Shown piece after piece: positions 47,951-58,459 of a stretch of DNA of 64,000 nt. The position numbers and the translations under genes are program-made. The notes under the pieces are model-generated. The model was not told the origin of the DNA and made no database searches. It saw only the letters and a program-made list of their open reading frames with translations. This stretch comes from Leadbetterella byssophila. Lineage in GTDB: Bacteria; Bacteroidota; Bacteroidia; Cytophagales; Spirosomataceae. Location of the stretch: NCBI GenBank assembly GCA_040394735.1, contig JBEBRR010000007.1:4149-68148 (forward strand). The letters run 5' to 3'. Each line of letters begins with the position of its first letter. The stretch's first letter is position 1.

Positions 47951-48361
47951 ATGATTCAAATTACAAGGAGAGAGACATTTAATGCAGCCCACAGACTCTT
48001 TAATCCGGCGTGGCCGGAGGAGAAGAATTTTGAGGTTTTCGGCCCCTGTTCGCGGGTTCACGGGCATAACTGGGAGCTCTTCGTGACAGTGGAAGGAGAG
48101 GTAAATGAAGATACGGGCTTCGTCATTGACCTGAAAGCGCTCAGCCGGACCATGCGGGAAGAAGTGATTTCCAAAGTAGATCACACCTATCTTAACGAAG
48201 ACGTGGAATTCCTGAGAGGAAAGCTGCCTACTACTGAAAACTTTGCGATTGCGGTCTGGAAGATACTGCAGCCCGTGTTAAGGGAAAAATACGGGGTATC
48301 ATTGTACCGGATCAAACTCACGGAAACAGCCAACCACTTTGTGGAATATTTTGGAAAGTGA
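47951..48361 (+). CDS. queD: 6-pyruvoyl/6-carboxy-tetrahydropterin synthase (QueD/PTPS family)
   Basis: FNAAHRL, C...HGHN, GFVIDL, DH.YLN, TTEN, ET; promoter box TAATTTTG 47924-47931. Confidence 0.85.
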   Translation: MIQITRRETFNAAHRLFNPAWPEEKNFEVFGPCSRVHGHNWELFVTVEGEVNEDTGFVIDLKALSRTMREEVISKVDHTYLNEDVEFLRGKLPTTENFAIAVWKILQPVLREKYGVSLYRIKLTETANHFVEYFGK

Positions 48362-48369
48362 GGCACAGG

Positions 48370-48411
48370 TATTACCCGGCACTCACTACCCGCAACTCAC
48401 TATCCCGAACT
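48370..48411. repeat. Three degenerate 14-bp tandem repeats
   Basis: TATTACCCGGCACT CACTACCCGCAACT CACTATCCCGAACT. Confidence 0.6.
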
Positions 48412-48420
48412 GAGAACCAA

Positions 48421-49518
48421 ATGAAATATTTTATCGTAGCCGGAGAGAGATCAGGTGACCTGCATGCAGGGAATCTCGCCGCCGCCATGCGCAGACTCGA
48501 TCCGGGAGTGGAGTTATACGGCTGGGGCGGTGAGCGGATGCAGGAAGCAGGGGTGAAAATCCTGCAGCATTACGGAGAGCTGGCCTTCATGGGATTCTGG
48601 GAAGTGCTGAAAAACCTGCGGAAGATCCGCGGCTTTATGGATAGGGTTCGGAAACAGATCGAAGAGGTCCGGCCGGATGCGCTCATACTGGTTGACTATG
48701 CCGGCTTTAACCTCCGGCTGGCGAAATGGGCCAAAGCCAGGGGGATACAGGTTTTTTACTATATCGCTCCCAAAGCCTGGGCATGGAATAAAAGCCGTGT
48801 TCACCAACTGAGAAAATATACTGACCTGACCCTGGTGATCTTCCCTTTTGAGGTACCCTTTTTTGAACAATACGGTGTGCCGGTGAAATATGTGGGCAAC
48901 CCGCTTTTTGATGAGATCCGGCAGTTCAGGCCGGATCCGGCTTTCCTGGAAGAGAAAGGAGACCGGCCTGTGATTGCGCTGCTGCCCGGCAGCCGCAGGC
49001 AGGAAATTGAAGCGATGCTTAAAACCATGGCGGAACTGACCCGTAGCCTGCCGGAATACCAGTGGGTGATTGCCGGGATCTCTGCTTTTGAGAGGGAGTT
49101 TTATATTTCACAGGGGGGAGACTTTCAACTGGTCTTTGACCGTACCTATGATTTACTTTCGGTAGCCGATGCCGCTGTGGTGACTTCGGGAACGGCTACC
49201 CTGGAAACCGCCCTTTTCGGAGTGCCGGAAGTAGTGGTCTACAAAACCAGCGGACTTACTTACGCCATAGCCCGTCTGCTGGTAAAGATCCGTTTTATTT
49301 CGCTGGTTAACCTGGTGGCGGATAAAGAGGTGGTGAAAGAGCTGATCCAGGGAGAATATACGGCGGAGAACACCGGAAATGAGCTGAAAAAGCTACTTGC
49401 AGATAATAAATTCCGGGAAAGACAGTTAAATGATTATAAAATTCTGACGGAAAAGTTGGGAAACCGTGAAGCCTCCAAAACGGCCGCACAAACCATTTTA
49501 AACTTTAAACTAGTATGA
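48421..49518 (+). CDS. lpxB: Lipid-A-disaccharide synthase
   Basis: AGERSGDLH, VDYAGFN, WAW, FPFE, VGNPL, LLPGSR, SGTATLE. Confidence 0.96.
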   Translation: MKYFIVAGERSGDLHAGNLAAAMRRLDPGVELYGWGGERMQEAGVKILQHYGELAFMGFWEVLKNLRKIRGFMDRVRKQIEEVRPDALILVDYAGFNLRLAKWAKARGIQVFYYIAPKAWAWNKSRVHQLRKYTDLTLVIFPFEVPFFEQYGVPVKYVGNPLFDEIRQFRPDPAFLEEKGDRPVIALLPGSRRQEIEAMLKTMAELTRSLPEYQWVIAGISAFEREFYISQGGDFQLVFDRTYDLLSVADAAVVTSGTATLETALFGVPEVVVYKTSGLTYAIARLLVKIRFISLVNLVADKEVVKELIQGEYTAENTGNELKKLLADNKFRERQLNDYKILTEKLGNREASKTAAQTILNFKLV

Positions 49519-49991
49519 AAAAGATTCTTTTTGTTTGTTTACTGACCTTTGTTGGCCTGTCATGCGATAAAGATGACCCGGAAGACGAAGGCACCCCCAT
49601 GGAGAGACTGACCGGTGCGGAGTCTAAAAAGTGGAAGCTGAATTTTGCGGAAGCGAGAGATAAGGAAGGCTTATCGGTTTCTCTGATGACCCATTATGAA
49701 TGCTGGGCAGATAATATTTTAACGCTGCATTCCAACGGGAGCTATACCCTGGAGGATACAGGCAAAAAATGTATTGATTCTGAAAATATATCTTCTACCT
49801 GGACGCTTACAGACAATGCAGATCAGATTAAGCTGGCCGATTTCACTATTGCCGGCCAGGTGTTTGAGAATCTGACGCTGGAAGTAAAAGAGATCAAAAA
49901 GTCTTCTTTTTCAGGGATTGCCAGGAATGTTACCTACGGAACACTGGTGGCCGATGAAGTGGAGCTGCGTTTTGGTGTAGTAGTTGAGTAA
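49515..49991 (+). CDS. Hypothetical lipoprotein (lipocalin-like beta-barrel)
   Basis: GLSC lipobox; LTG...K.WKL, C..DN, Cys pair. Confidence 0.75.
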   Translation: MKKILFVCLLTFVGLSCDKDDPEDEGTPMERLTGAESKKWKLNFAEARDKEGLSVSLMTHYECWADNILTLHSNGSYTLEDTGKKCIDSENISSTWTLTDNADQIKLADFTIAGQVFENLTLEVKEIKKSSFSGIARNVTYGTLVADEVELRFGVVVE

Positions 49992-50056
49992 GTTTTTTAA
50001 TTCTCCGAAACATATTTGTATGTTTGTGTGTTAGGTTATAGTAATGGTATGCGTTT

Positions 50057-51502
50057 ATGAGTAAAGATACAGATATACTGGAGGAAATCACCTCCTCGGA
50101 ATATAAATACGGGTTTTATACGGACATTGAAGCCGACGAGGCGCCTCCGGGCCTGAATGAAGACATCATCCGTTTCATTTCATCTAAAAAGAATGAACCG
50201 GAATGGATGCTGGAGTGGCGGCTCAGGGCCTATAACGAGTGGCTGAAGATGACCGAACCGCAATGGGCCAATGTGACCTATGCCAAGCCTGATTTCCAGG
50301 CTATTAAATATTATTCGGCCCCCAAGCAGCAGAAAAAGCTGAACAGCCTGGATGAAGTAGATCCGGAGCTGAGAAAAACCTTTGAGAAACTGGGCATTTC
50401 ACTCAGTGAGCAGAAGCGTATTTCAGGTGTGGCGGTAGATGCGGTGATCGACTCCGTGTCTGTAGCCACCACCTTCCGCGCCGAGCTGATGGAAAAAGGG
50501 ATCATTTTCTGTTCGATCTCCGAAGCCATCCAGGAGCATCCGGAGCTGGTGAAAAAATACCTCGGATCAGTGGTGCCGGTAAAAGATAATTTTTATGCTG
50601 CCCTGAATTCGGCGGTCTTCTCTGACGGCTCCTTCTGCTACATTCCGAAAGGGGTGAGATGCCCCATGGAGCTTTCTACCTATTTCAGGATCAATGCAGC
50701 CGGTACAGGTCAATTTGAGCGTACCCTCATCATTGCCGATGAAAGTTCGTATGTGAGCTACCTGGAAGGATGTACCGCTCCCAGCCGCGATGAAAACCAG
50801 CTGCATGCCGCTGTGGTGGAGATTTTCGCCCACGAAAATGCGGAGGTAAAATATTCTACCGTGCAGAACTGGTATCCGGGAGATAAAGACGGAAAAGGGG
50901 GTGTATTTAACTTCGTGACCAAAAGAGGCTTATGCTTCGGGAATAATTCCAAAATCTCCTGGACCCAGGTGGAAACCGGCTCTGCAGTGACCTGGAAATA
51001 TCCCTCGGTTATTTTGAGGGGCGATCATTCTATCGGCGAATTTTACTCCGTAGCTGTAACCAATAATTTCCAGCAGGCCGATACCGGCACCAAAATGATC
51101 CATATCGGTAAAAATACCCGGAGCCGGATCGTTTCCAAAGGGATTTCAGCGGGAAGAAGCCAGAACTCCTACCGGGGACTGGTGGAGATCTCCAGGCGGG
51201 CAGATAATGCCCGTAACTTCTCGCAATGTGATTCCATGCTGCTGGGCGACCGCTGCGGGGCGCATACTTTCCCGTATATCGAGTGCAATAATCCTACGGC
51301 CAATGTGGAACATGAGGCCACTACTTCCAAAATCGGGGAAGATCAGCTGTTCTATTGTAATCAGCGCGGTATCGATACCGAAACGGCAGTAGCCCTGATT
51401 ATCAACGGGTATGCCAAAGAAGTGCTGAACCAGCTTCCCATGGAGTTTGCTGTAGAAGCCCAGAAGCTGCTGGCGGTGTCACTGGAAGGATCTGTGGGTT
51501 AA
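50057..51502 (+). CDS. sufB: Fe-S cluster assembly protein SufB
   Basis: [52 protein letters not shown]; promoter box TATGTTTG 50019-50026. Confidence 0.98.
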   Translation: MSKDTDILEEITSSEYKYGFYTDIEADEAPPGLNEDIIRFISSKKNEPEWMLEWRLRAYNEWLKMTEPQWANVTYAKPDFQAIKYYSAPKQQKKLNSLDEVDPELRKTFEKLGISLSEQKRISGVAVDAVIDSVSVATTFRAELMEKGIIFCSISEAIQEHPELVKKYLGSVVPVKDNFYAALNSAVFSDGSFCYIPKGVRCPMELSTYFRINAAGTGQFERTLIIADESSYVSYLEGCTAPSRDENQLHAAVVEIFAHENAEVKYSTVQNWYPGDKDGKGGVFNFVTKRGLCFGNNSKISWTQVETGSAVTWKYPSVILRGDHSIGEFYSVAVTNNFQQADTGTKMIHIGKNTRSRIVSKGISAGRSQNSYRGLVEISRRADNARNFSQCDSMLLGDRCGAHTFPYIECNNPTANVEHEATTSKIGEDQLFYCNQRGIDTETAVALIINGYAKEVLNQLPMEFAVEAQKLLAVSLEGSVG

Positions 51503-51521
51503 AAAAGAAACAGGTTTTGCT

Positions 51522-51549
51522 AAGGTCTGCTTTTAGTAGACCTTTTTTT
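51522..51549 (+). terminator. Intrinsic terminator after sufB
   Basis: AAGGTCTGCT-TTT-AGTAGACCTT followed by a T-run. Confidence 0.75.
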
Positions 51550-51560
51550 ATAGTTATCAT

Positions 51561-52286
51561 ATGGCTTCCAAAAAGAAAACTTCACTCCTGAGCTTAGTAA
51601 AGCGATTATTCCTGAAAGTAGTTTTCTATTTCTTTGCCTTATCCATAGGCGGGGTGATCCTGTTTAAATTTCTTCCTGTCCCGTTTACCATGACCATGAT
51701 TGACCGGAAAGTGAAATCGCTTTTCCGGGGAGAAGATTCTGAAATCCATTACAAATGGCGTTCGTATAACCGCGTTTCCCGCGAGATGCACCTGGCAGCG
51801 GTAGCGGCAGAAGATCAGAATTTTCCCTATCACTGGGGCTTTGACTTCAAGGCGCTTGAAAAAGCCTATGTCAATAACCAGAAGGGCAAAAAAGTGCGGG
51901 GAGCCAGCACCATCAGCCAGCAGGTGGCTAAAAACGTATTCTTATGGCAGGGGAGGAGCTATATCCGTAAAGCCCTGGAATTTTACTTTACCGGGCTGAT
52001 TGAGCTGATCTGGGGGAAAAGACGGATACTGGAAGTATATGTCAATGTGGCGGAAATGGGGAAGAATACTTTCGGCGCGGAAGCTTCAGCGCAACGGATA
52101 TTTAAAAAGCCGGCGAGGGACCTGACCCGTGCGGAAGCAGCCCGGCTTGCGGCGGTGTTGCCCAGCCCCAATAAGTGGTCGGCCGTCAGGCCCGGCCCTT
52201 ATGTGACACGGCGTACGGCCGTTATTCAGAAGTATATGCGGGCATTGGGTGGGGTGAAATATATCTCCGGCCTCCGGAGTTTTTAA
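51561..52286 (+). CDS. mtgA: Monofunctional peptidoglycan transglycosylase
   Basis: AEDQNF..H.GFD, GASTISQQVAKN, RKALE, ILEVYVN. Confidence 0.95.
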   Translation: MASKKKTSLLSLVKRLFLKVVFYFFALSIGGVILFKFLPVPFTMTMIDRKVKSLFRGEDSEIHYKWRSYNRVSREMHLAAVAAEDQNFPYHWGFDFKALEKAYVNNQKGKKVRGASTISQQVAKNVFLWQGRSYIRKALEFYFTGLIELIWGKRRILEVYVNVAEMGKNTFGAEASAQRIFKKPARDLTRAEAARLAAVLPSPNKWSAVRPGPYVTRRTAVIQKYMRALGGVKYISGLRSF

Positions 52287-52304
52287 CCGTCTGCGGGATA
52301 GATA

Positions 52305-54785
52305 GTGAAGGGTTACGGCTACATAATTTTTCTCTTAGGCTTTCTGTTTTATATAAACGGCTCTGCCCAGGAGCGGCAGATCCGGGTGTCTGTCCGCGAC
52401 TCTGCCACCGGTCAGCCTGTAGTGGGAGCGGTGGTCTGGGCCGACAAGGCATTGGGGCATACCGACCGTGAAGGGAATTTCGCTGCCCTGGTCAGCAGGG
52501 ATGTCAGCACATTGCGGGTAACATCAGTAGGTTATGATGTACAGATTTTTGATCTGCAACAGGCGGGAGATACACTCAATGTAATGATGCAGCCCGCTTT
52601 TAACCGCCTTCGGGAAGTAAAGGTAACCCGACGGAAATACAGGAATAAGAATAACCCTGCCGTAGAGCTCATCCGCAAGGTAATAGAGAACAAACCCCTG
52701 AACCGGCGGCCTGTTTATGCGTATTATAAAGAACATGAGAAGGTAAGGATAGGCCTGGTTAACCGGAGAGAAAGACTATTGAAGCACCCGGTGCTGCGCC
52801 TGTTTCCTGCATTGGAACAGAATTTTGATTCGGTGCGGGTGGAAGGCCGTATTTTTCTGCCCCTTTATGTGCAGGAGTTGCTGAATGAATATACAATACC
52901 CTCCGGTGCTGCCGCAGAACCCCGGAAGAAAATGCTGGAAGAGAAGACGGTTTCTCTGGATGAGAATCTTTTTGACCGGGAGGGCATTAAAATGTACATT
53001 GCGCATGCCTATCAGCCTTTTGATATTTATGACAATAACATGATGCTGATCACCAATCAGTTTATCAGCCCCATCTCCGACCTGGCACCGGCATTTTATA
53101 TGTACGATATCACTGATACCGTGACGGTCAGCGGAAACCGGTTTGTCAAACTGCTATTTACCCCTCGTAACTCTACCGATTTCCTGTTCTGGGGCGATAT
53201 GAGAATAGCGCTGGACACCTATGCCGTTACGGAAATCAACCTGCGTACCGGGAAGGGGATCAACCTGAACTGGGTACGGAACCTGGAAATCACCCAGCGC
53301 TTTAAACGCAATCCCGAAGGACGGTATAATCTTTCGGTCAGCAATGTGGCCATGGAGTTTTCGGTACTGCCGAAAAGCAGGGAATCGGTTCTGACCGAAA
53401 GGCTGGTGAATTATTATGATCACCGGCAACAGGCCCCGCCGGAACCGGGAAAACGTGTGGAGCCGGTCAGAAAGGGCCTCTCAGAGGAAATCGGTGAGCC
53501 TTCGGAATACGACGATAAAATTTACCGCATGCTGGACAGCCTTAAGGAAACCCGGCGCTTCAGGACCGTATCCAGCCTCATCGGGCTTGCAGCTTACGGT
53601 TATTTCAATGCAGGCAGGTATATCGAGTTGGGGCCGGCCTCTACTTTTGTGGGACATAACCAGCTGGAAGGCCTCCGCCTCCGGTTTGGGGGAAGAACCA
53701 TGCTCGCCTTCAGCAACCGGGTCTTCCTGGAAGGATTCGGCGCTTATGGTTTCGAAGACCGGCGCTGGAAATATAATGCGGCCGTCACCTATTCCTTTAC
53801 GGGTAAAAACAAATACGTTTTCCCCATGAAAAATATTACGGCGGCTTACCGTAATGATATTGAGATTCCCGGAAATAACCTTCGCTATACGGCAGATCAC
53901 AGTTTCCTGCTCAGTATACCCCGGGGAGAGATCGGGAAGTGGATATATTATAAGCGGTTCAAATTATGGTATGTTCAGGAATTTGAAACCCGGCTTTCCT
54001 ACCGGATAGGTGTTGAACATACGGTTCAGAACCCTGCAGGCACCCTGACCTACCGGAAAGAAGGTGCAGAAATACGGAACTTCACTACGTCTGAGATCAA
54101 AGGAGAGCTTCGTTACGCCCCTCATGAACGGTTTTATCAGGGGAAGACCAGCCGGTCGAGCCTGACCACTCAATTCCCCGTCTTTACATTGCGGGGCACC
54201 TGGGGAATCAACGGGCTTTACGGCAGTGCCTATAACTACAGAAAACTGAGCCTGAATATCGACAAGCGCTTCCTGTTATCGCCTGTAGGGTATACGGAAA
54301 CCACCTTTGAGGCCGGCGCTACATTTGGAAAGAGCCTGCCGTTTCCTTTACTTGACATCATGCGGGCTAACCAGACCTACACCTTTCAGCAGACCTCCTA
54401 CAATATGATGAACTTTATGGAGTTTGTAGCCGACCGTTTTGTGGCTGCCCGTCTGGAACATAACTTTAACGGGGCTATTCTGAATAAAATACCCCTGCTT
54501 TCCCGGCTGAAGCTCCGCGAATATGCCTCTTTCAAGATTCTTTACGGCGGTCTCAGCGCTCAGAACCGGCCAGGTCCGGGAAACCCGGTGTTTGCCTTCC
54601 CTGCCGATGCCGATGGAAACACCACTATGTTTACCCTTAACGAAAAGCCCTATATGGAAGGAAGCCTGGGTATCGGCAATATTCTGAAGCTTTTCCGGGT
54701 AGATATAGTGAAACGCTTTACCTATCTCGATCACCCGGGCGTGACCGGTGTAGGCATCCGGGTACGGGCCGACATGGATTTTTAG
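52305..54785 (+). CDS. Outer-membrane protein with carboxypeptidase-regulatory-like N-domain (DUF5686-like)
   Basis: D..TG.P..GA, NPAVELIRKVI, FISPI, N.LEGLRLR.GG, PYME...GI.NI; terminal Phe. Confidence 0.8.
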   Translation: MKGYGYIIFLLGFLFYINGSAQERQIRVSVRDSATGQPVVGAVVWADKALGHTDREGNFAALVSRDVSTLRVTSVGYDVQIFDLQQAGDTLNVMMQPAFNRLREVKVTRRKYRNKNNPAVELIRKVIENKPLNRRPVYAYYKEHEKVRIGLVNRRERLLKHPVLRLFPALEQNFDSVRVEGRIFLPLYVQELLNEYTIPSGAAAEPRKKMLEEKTVSLDENLFDREGIKMYIAHAYQPFDIYDNNMMLITNQFISPISDLAPAFYMYDITDTVTVSGNRFVKLLFTPRNSTDFLFWGDMRIALDTYAVTEINLRTGKGINLNWVRNLEITQRFKRNPEGRYNLSVSNVAMEFSVLPKSRESVLTERLVNYYDHRQQAPPEPGKRVEPVRKGLSEEIGEPSEYDDKIYRMLDSLKETRRFRTVSSLIGLAAYGYFNAGRYIELGPASTFVGHNQLEGLRLRFGGRTMLAFSNRVFLEGFGAYGFEDRRWKYNAAVTYSFTGKNKYVFPMKNITAAYRNDIEIPGNNLRYTADHSFLLSIPRGEIGKWIYYKRFKLWYVQEFETRLSYRIGVEHTVQNPAGTLTYRKEGAEIRNFTTSEIKGELRYAPHERFYQGKTSRSSLTTQFPVFTLRGTWGINGLYGSAYNYRKLSLNIDKRFLLSPVGYTETTFEAGATFGKSLPFPLLDIMRANQTYTFQQTSYNMMNFMEFVADRFVAARLEHNFNGAILNKIPLLSRLKLREYASFKILYGGLSAQNRPGPGNPVFAFPADADGNTTMFTLNEKPYMEGSLGIGNILKLFRVDIVKRFTYLDHPGVTGVGIRVRADMDF

Positions 54786-54896
54786 GGCTTGTACTTTTTC
54801 AGGTCTCGCAGATTTAACACATACGGGAATAAAATGTATGTAAATTAGCGCGATTCCAACCACCCGGGTTCGGAATAATACTTCATGTTGCTGTGC

Positions 54897-54970
54897 TATG
54901 AAACTCCTGGCGGGGTTTCAGGGACATTGGCTGAGGGCTTTCCCTACCGGTATATAATTCCTGACGGGAC
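54897..54970. repeat. GTAG/CTAC-type REP-like pair
   Basis: GAAACTCCTGGCGGGGTTTC and CTACCGGTATATAATTCCTGACGGGAC; same family as 30803-30919. Confidence 0.65.
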
Positions 54971-55035
54971 AATAGAATTTCAAAATTCCGGCTTACATGA
55001 TCCATGAGAAAAGTAATGGGATCCATGAGAATATA

Positions 55036-56241
55036 TTACTTCCGGTCAATGGCCATCATCTTCGGAATAAAGAAAGAAATTACACCCAGCAGAGCTATTG
55101 CCCCGCCCAGCAGCACAAACGTCTGGTTAATACCCAGGTGGTCGGCAAATATTCCTATTCCCAGCAAACCGATCAGCGAAGGAAACAGCGAAATACTTCC
55201 GAACATGGCAAACACCCGTCCCAGCACTTCAGGTTCTATCTTTTCCTGGATGATGGTATTGAAGCTGGCATAATAAATGGAAGAAGCCATGCCTCCGATA
55301 CCTGTCAGAACCACAAAAAGAACAAATTGGGAAGAGGGCAGCAGTCCCGAAAACGCCAGGGCTAATCCCAGGCCGAGATAGGTGAAGTTCACCAGGGCCA
55401 CCTTATTCATTCTGGTATTGGAAATCCCCAGAACACTTCCTCCCAGCAGCATGCCCACTCCCCAGATCACTTCAATCACGCTTACCTCAAATTTCCCGCC
55501 TTCAAAATGACGGAGGGTCATTAGGGGAAAAAGAATGGCAATAGGCATGATAAAGAGCGTAACCAGGATGGAAAACAGGAAGAGCAGCCCCATGCCTGAT
55601 TTGGAAACCACCGCTTTTACACCCTCTTTTACCTGGAAGAACACACTTTCGGTTCCTTCTGAGGTTTTTTCCGGATCTGGAATGTGAATAAACAGCAGGG
55701 ATGAAACGGCTACCAAAGCTCCGAAAACATCAAATAACAGCACATGTTCTATGTCGAGATATGTGATCGCCAATGCACCCAGGGCCGGTCCGCCGATGGT
55801 AGAAACAGACTGGATGGTCTGGTTAATGCCGGAAACCCGCAGCAGCTGGTCTTCGGGAGCCAGCAATGGAATAGACGCCTGCATGGCCGGCATATGAAAG
55901 GCCGATCCGGCTGACCGCAATGCCAGCAATAAATAGATAAGTCCCAGCTGGGGTTCTCCGAAATAGAAAAGCGATGAAATAACCAGGGTACATAGCGCAA
56001 TGAACCCGTCAGCCAGCATCATGGTACGCTTGCGGTTCCACTGGTCTACAAATACACCCGAAAAAAGCCCCAATATGGCCTGGGGCATGAACCCGGCAAT
56101 GGCCGAATTAGCCAGAACCACCGCCGAATCGTATTCGATGCTGAGCCACAGCATGATGGCGAAATTGACAAGGCTGCTGGTAATGATTGATATAAACTGG
56201 CCTGTCCATAATATGGCAAAGGCACGCTTCCAATTTTGCAT
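55036..56241 (-). CDS. DHA3/Mef(A)-like MFS efflux transporter
   Basis: N-terminus NWK..FAILWTGQ.IS...S....FA...WL; G.FVD.WNRK..M..AD, LRSAGSAFH.PA, LGRVF; 401 aa. Confidence 0.85.
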   Translation of the reverse strand: MQNWKRAFAILWTGQFISIITSSLVNFAIMLWLSIEYDSAVVLANSAIAGFMPQAILGLFSGVFVDQWNRKRTMMLADGFIALCTLVISSLFYFGEPQLGLIYLLLALRSAGSAFHMPAMQASIPLLAPEDQLLRVSGINQTIQSVSTIGGPALGALAITYLDIEHVLLFDVFGALVAVSSLLFIHIPDPEKTSEGTESVFFQVKEGVKAVVSKSGMGLLFLFSILVTLFIMPIAILFPLMTLRHFEGGKFEVSVIEVIWGVGMLLGGSVLGISNTRMNKVALVNFTYLGLGLALAFSGLLPSSQFVLFVVLTGIGGMASSIYYASFNTIIQEKIEPEVLGRVFAMFGSISLFPSLIGLLGIGIFADHLGINQTFVLLGGAIALLGVISFFIPKMMAIDRK

Positions 56242-56326
56242 GAAAAGTAGGTTTTATTCCACGATATGATCGGGAAGGTGAATAAAAATAGGGAGTTTCA
56301 CGGAGTACGTGAAGGGTGGAAGGGAG

Positions 56327-56371
56327 TTAAACCCTGTCTCTGTAAGCGGGGAACCGGAATTGTATTTTCAT
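56327..56371 (-). CDS. Putative leader peptide MKIQFRFPAYRDRV (attenuator of Mef-like pump)
   Basis: Hand translation; lies between promoter box TACCTTTG (56392-56399) and the MFS start; contains RDR. Confidence 0.6.
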   Translation of the reverse strand: MKIQFRFPAYRDRV

Positions 56372-56391
56372 CAAACGGACTTTTGATGGTG

Positions 56392-56452
56392 CAAAGGTAA
56401 GAAAAAATAAGTCAATATTACGAAGTGCTTCCCCATCGTTTTTTTACATTTG
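56392..56452. promoter_or_regulatory. Divergent -7 promoter boxes
   Basis: TACCTTTG on minus (56392-56399) and TACATTTG on plus (56445-56452). Confidence 0.7.
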
Positions 56453-56474
56453 CCGCCACAAGAAAGAAATAACT

Positions 56475-57035
56475 ATGTATTTTGAATCTCAGGTTTTTGA
56501 GGGAAGCACCGGTTTGCAGCGGGGAGAGTATGAGAACTGCACATTCATCAACTGTGATCTGTCGGAAAGCAATTTCAACGGATTTAAATTTATTGACTGC
56601 AGTTTTGAAGGATGTAATCTCAGTATGGTAAAGCCTACCCAGGCTGCTTTCCAGGAGGTAACATTTAAAGATTCAAAGATGCTGGGAATCCGTTTTGATA
56701 CGGCCAGCGGCTTCGGACTTTCTTTTTCCTTTGAGAACTGCCGGCTGGACCATTCTTCTTTTTTCCGCCTGAAGCTCCGCAAAATCCGGTTCAGAAACTG
56801 CGATATGGAAGGGGTGGATTTCGGCGAAGCAGACCTCACGGAAGCTCTTTTTGAGAATACGAATCTCGTGCAGGCTATTTTTGACAACAGCATCCTGGAA
56901 AAAGCTGACCTGCGGACGGCCTCGGGGTTTTCAATAGACCCGGAACGGAATAAGCTGAAAAAAGCCCGTTTTTCACAAACAAACATAGCAGGCCTGCTCG
57001 ATAAGTACCAGATACAGGTGGATAAGAGCTTATAA
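56475..57035 (+). CDS. Pentapeptide repeat protein
   Basis: [30 protein letters not shown] ... [15 protein letters not shown]. Confidence 0.92.
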   Translation: MYFESQVFEGSTGLQRGEYENCTFINCDLSESNFNGFKFIDCSFEGCNLSMVKPTQAAFQEVTFKDSKMLGIRFDTASGFGLSFSFENCRLDHSSFFRLKLRKIRFRNCDMEGVDFGEADLTEALFENTNLVQAIFDNSILEKADLRTASGFSIDPERNKLKKARFSQTNIAGLLDKYQIQVDKSL

Positions 57036-57148
57036 GCCGGTTACGGAGAACTCATTTGAAGCGGGATGTCACTATTGCACAAAATTTTTCTGATTCTACC
57101 GAAAGAACTCTTAAATTTGTCGCGGATTTAACAAACCTCCTTGAATTT

Positions 57149-58426
57149 ATGAACAATTACGCAGACAGCCGTATTTTTGACCTGATCCGGAAAGAACATG
57201 AAAGACAGCTTCACGGCATTGAGCTGATCGCTTCCGAAAACTTTGTTTCCGAGCAGGTGATGGCCGCAGCCGGCAGTGTGTTGACCAATAAATATGCCGA
57301 AGGGCTGCCCGGGAAACGGTATTACGGTGGCTGCGAAGTAGTGGATGAAGTAGAGCAGCTGGCCATTGACCGGCTGAAGGAGTTATTTAACCTGACCTGG
57401 GCGAACGTGCAGCCGCACTCCGGCGCACAGGCCAATACGGCGGTTTTCCTGGCCTGCCTGAAGCCGGGCGATAAGATCCTGGGCTTTAACCTGTCGCATG
57501 GTGGTCACCTGACCCACGGTTCACCGGTAAATATTTCAGGAAAATATTTTCAGCCCTGCTTTTACGGAGTGGAGGAGGCTACGGGCCTCATTGACTGGGA
57601 CAAAGTAGAGCAGACAGCCCTGGCAGAAAAGCCCAGGCTGATCATCTGCGGAGCTTCGGCGTACTCCCGCGACTGGGACTATGCGCGTCTCCGGAATATT
57701 GCCGATCAGGTGGGTGCTATTCTTCTGGCCGATATCAGCCACCCGGCCGGTCTGATCGCGAAAGGCCTGCTGGCTGATCCGTTTGACCACTGTCATATTG
57801 TGACCACCACTACCCACAAAACCCTGCGGGGTACCCGCGGTGGAGTGATCATGATGCGGAATGACTTTGAAAATCCGTTTGGCATCACTACAGCCAAAGG
57901 AAAGGTTAGAACCGTGTCTTCGCTGCTGGACTCTGCGGTATTCCCCGGTATCCAGGGCGGTCCGCTGGAGCACATTATTGCTGCCAAGGCGGTAGCGTTT
58001 GGCGAAGCCCTGAGCGACAGCTACGGTACCTATGTGCAGCAGGTGCAGAAAAATGCCAAAGTAATGGCCGATGCGTTTGTGGAGAAAGGCTACAAAGTGA
58101 TCAGCGGCGGTACCGATAACCACCTGGCGCTGATCGATCTGCGCCCGAAAGGCCTGAACGGTAAGCTGGCGGAAAATGCACTGATCAAAGCCGATATTAC
58201 AGTGAACAAGAATATGGTGCCGTTTGATGACGCACCGGCCATGACCACCTCTGGTATCCGGGTAGGGGCAGCGGCCATGACCACCCGCGGACTGGACGAA
58301 AAAGATTTTGTGCGGGTAGTGGAGCTGATTGACCGGGTACTCATGAACCATGATAATGAGAAAGTGCTGAACACTACCAAAGCGGAAGTGAATGAGTGGA
58401 TGAAGTGGTTCCCTCTGTTTAAGTAA
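57149..58426 (+). CDS. glyA: Serine hydroxymethyltransferase
   Basis: [33 protein letters not shown]; ATG 57149 downstream of promoter box TAAATTTG 57112-57119. Confidence 0.98.
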   Translation: MNNYADSRIFDLIRKEHERQLHGIELIASENFVSEQVMAAAGSVLTNKYAEGLPGKRYYGGCEVVDEVEQLAIDRLKELFNLTWANVQPHSGAQANTAVFLACLKPGDKILGFNLSHGGHLTHGSPVNISGKYFQPCFYGVEEATGLIDWDKVEQTALAEKPRLIICGASAYSRDWDYARLRNIADQVGAILLADISHPAGLIAKGLLADPFDHCHIVTTTTHKTLRGTRGGVIMMRNDFENPFGITTAKGKVRTVSSLLDSAVFPGIQGGPLEHIIAAKAVAFGEALSDSYGTYVQQVQKNAKVMADAFVEKGYKVISGGTDNHLALIDLRPKGLNGKLAENALIKADITVNKNMVPFDDAPAMTTSGIRVGAAAMTTRGLDEKDFVRVVELIDRVLMNHDNEKVLNTTKAEVNEWMKWFPLFK

Positions 58427-58459
58427 TTACTAATGAAGGCCTTCAGGGCCTTGACAATT

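Noticed and set aside
54997-55365. 122-aa plus-strand ORF at the MFS 3' end
   Set aside because: Mostly antisense to the MFS gene, with no recognisable features.
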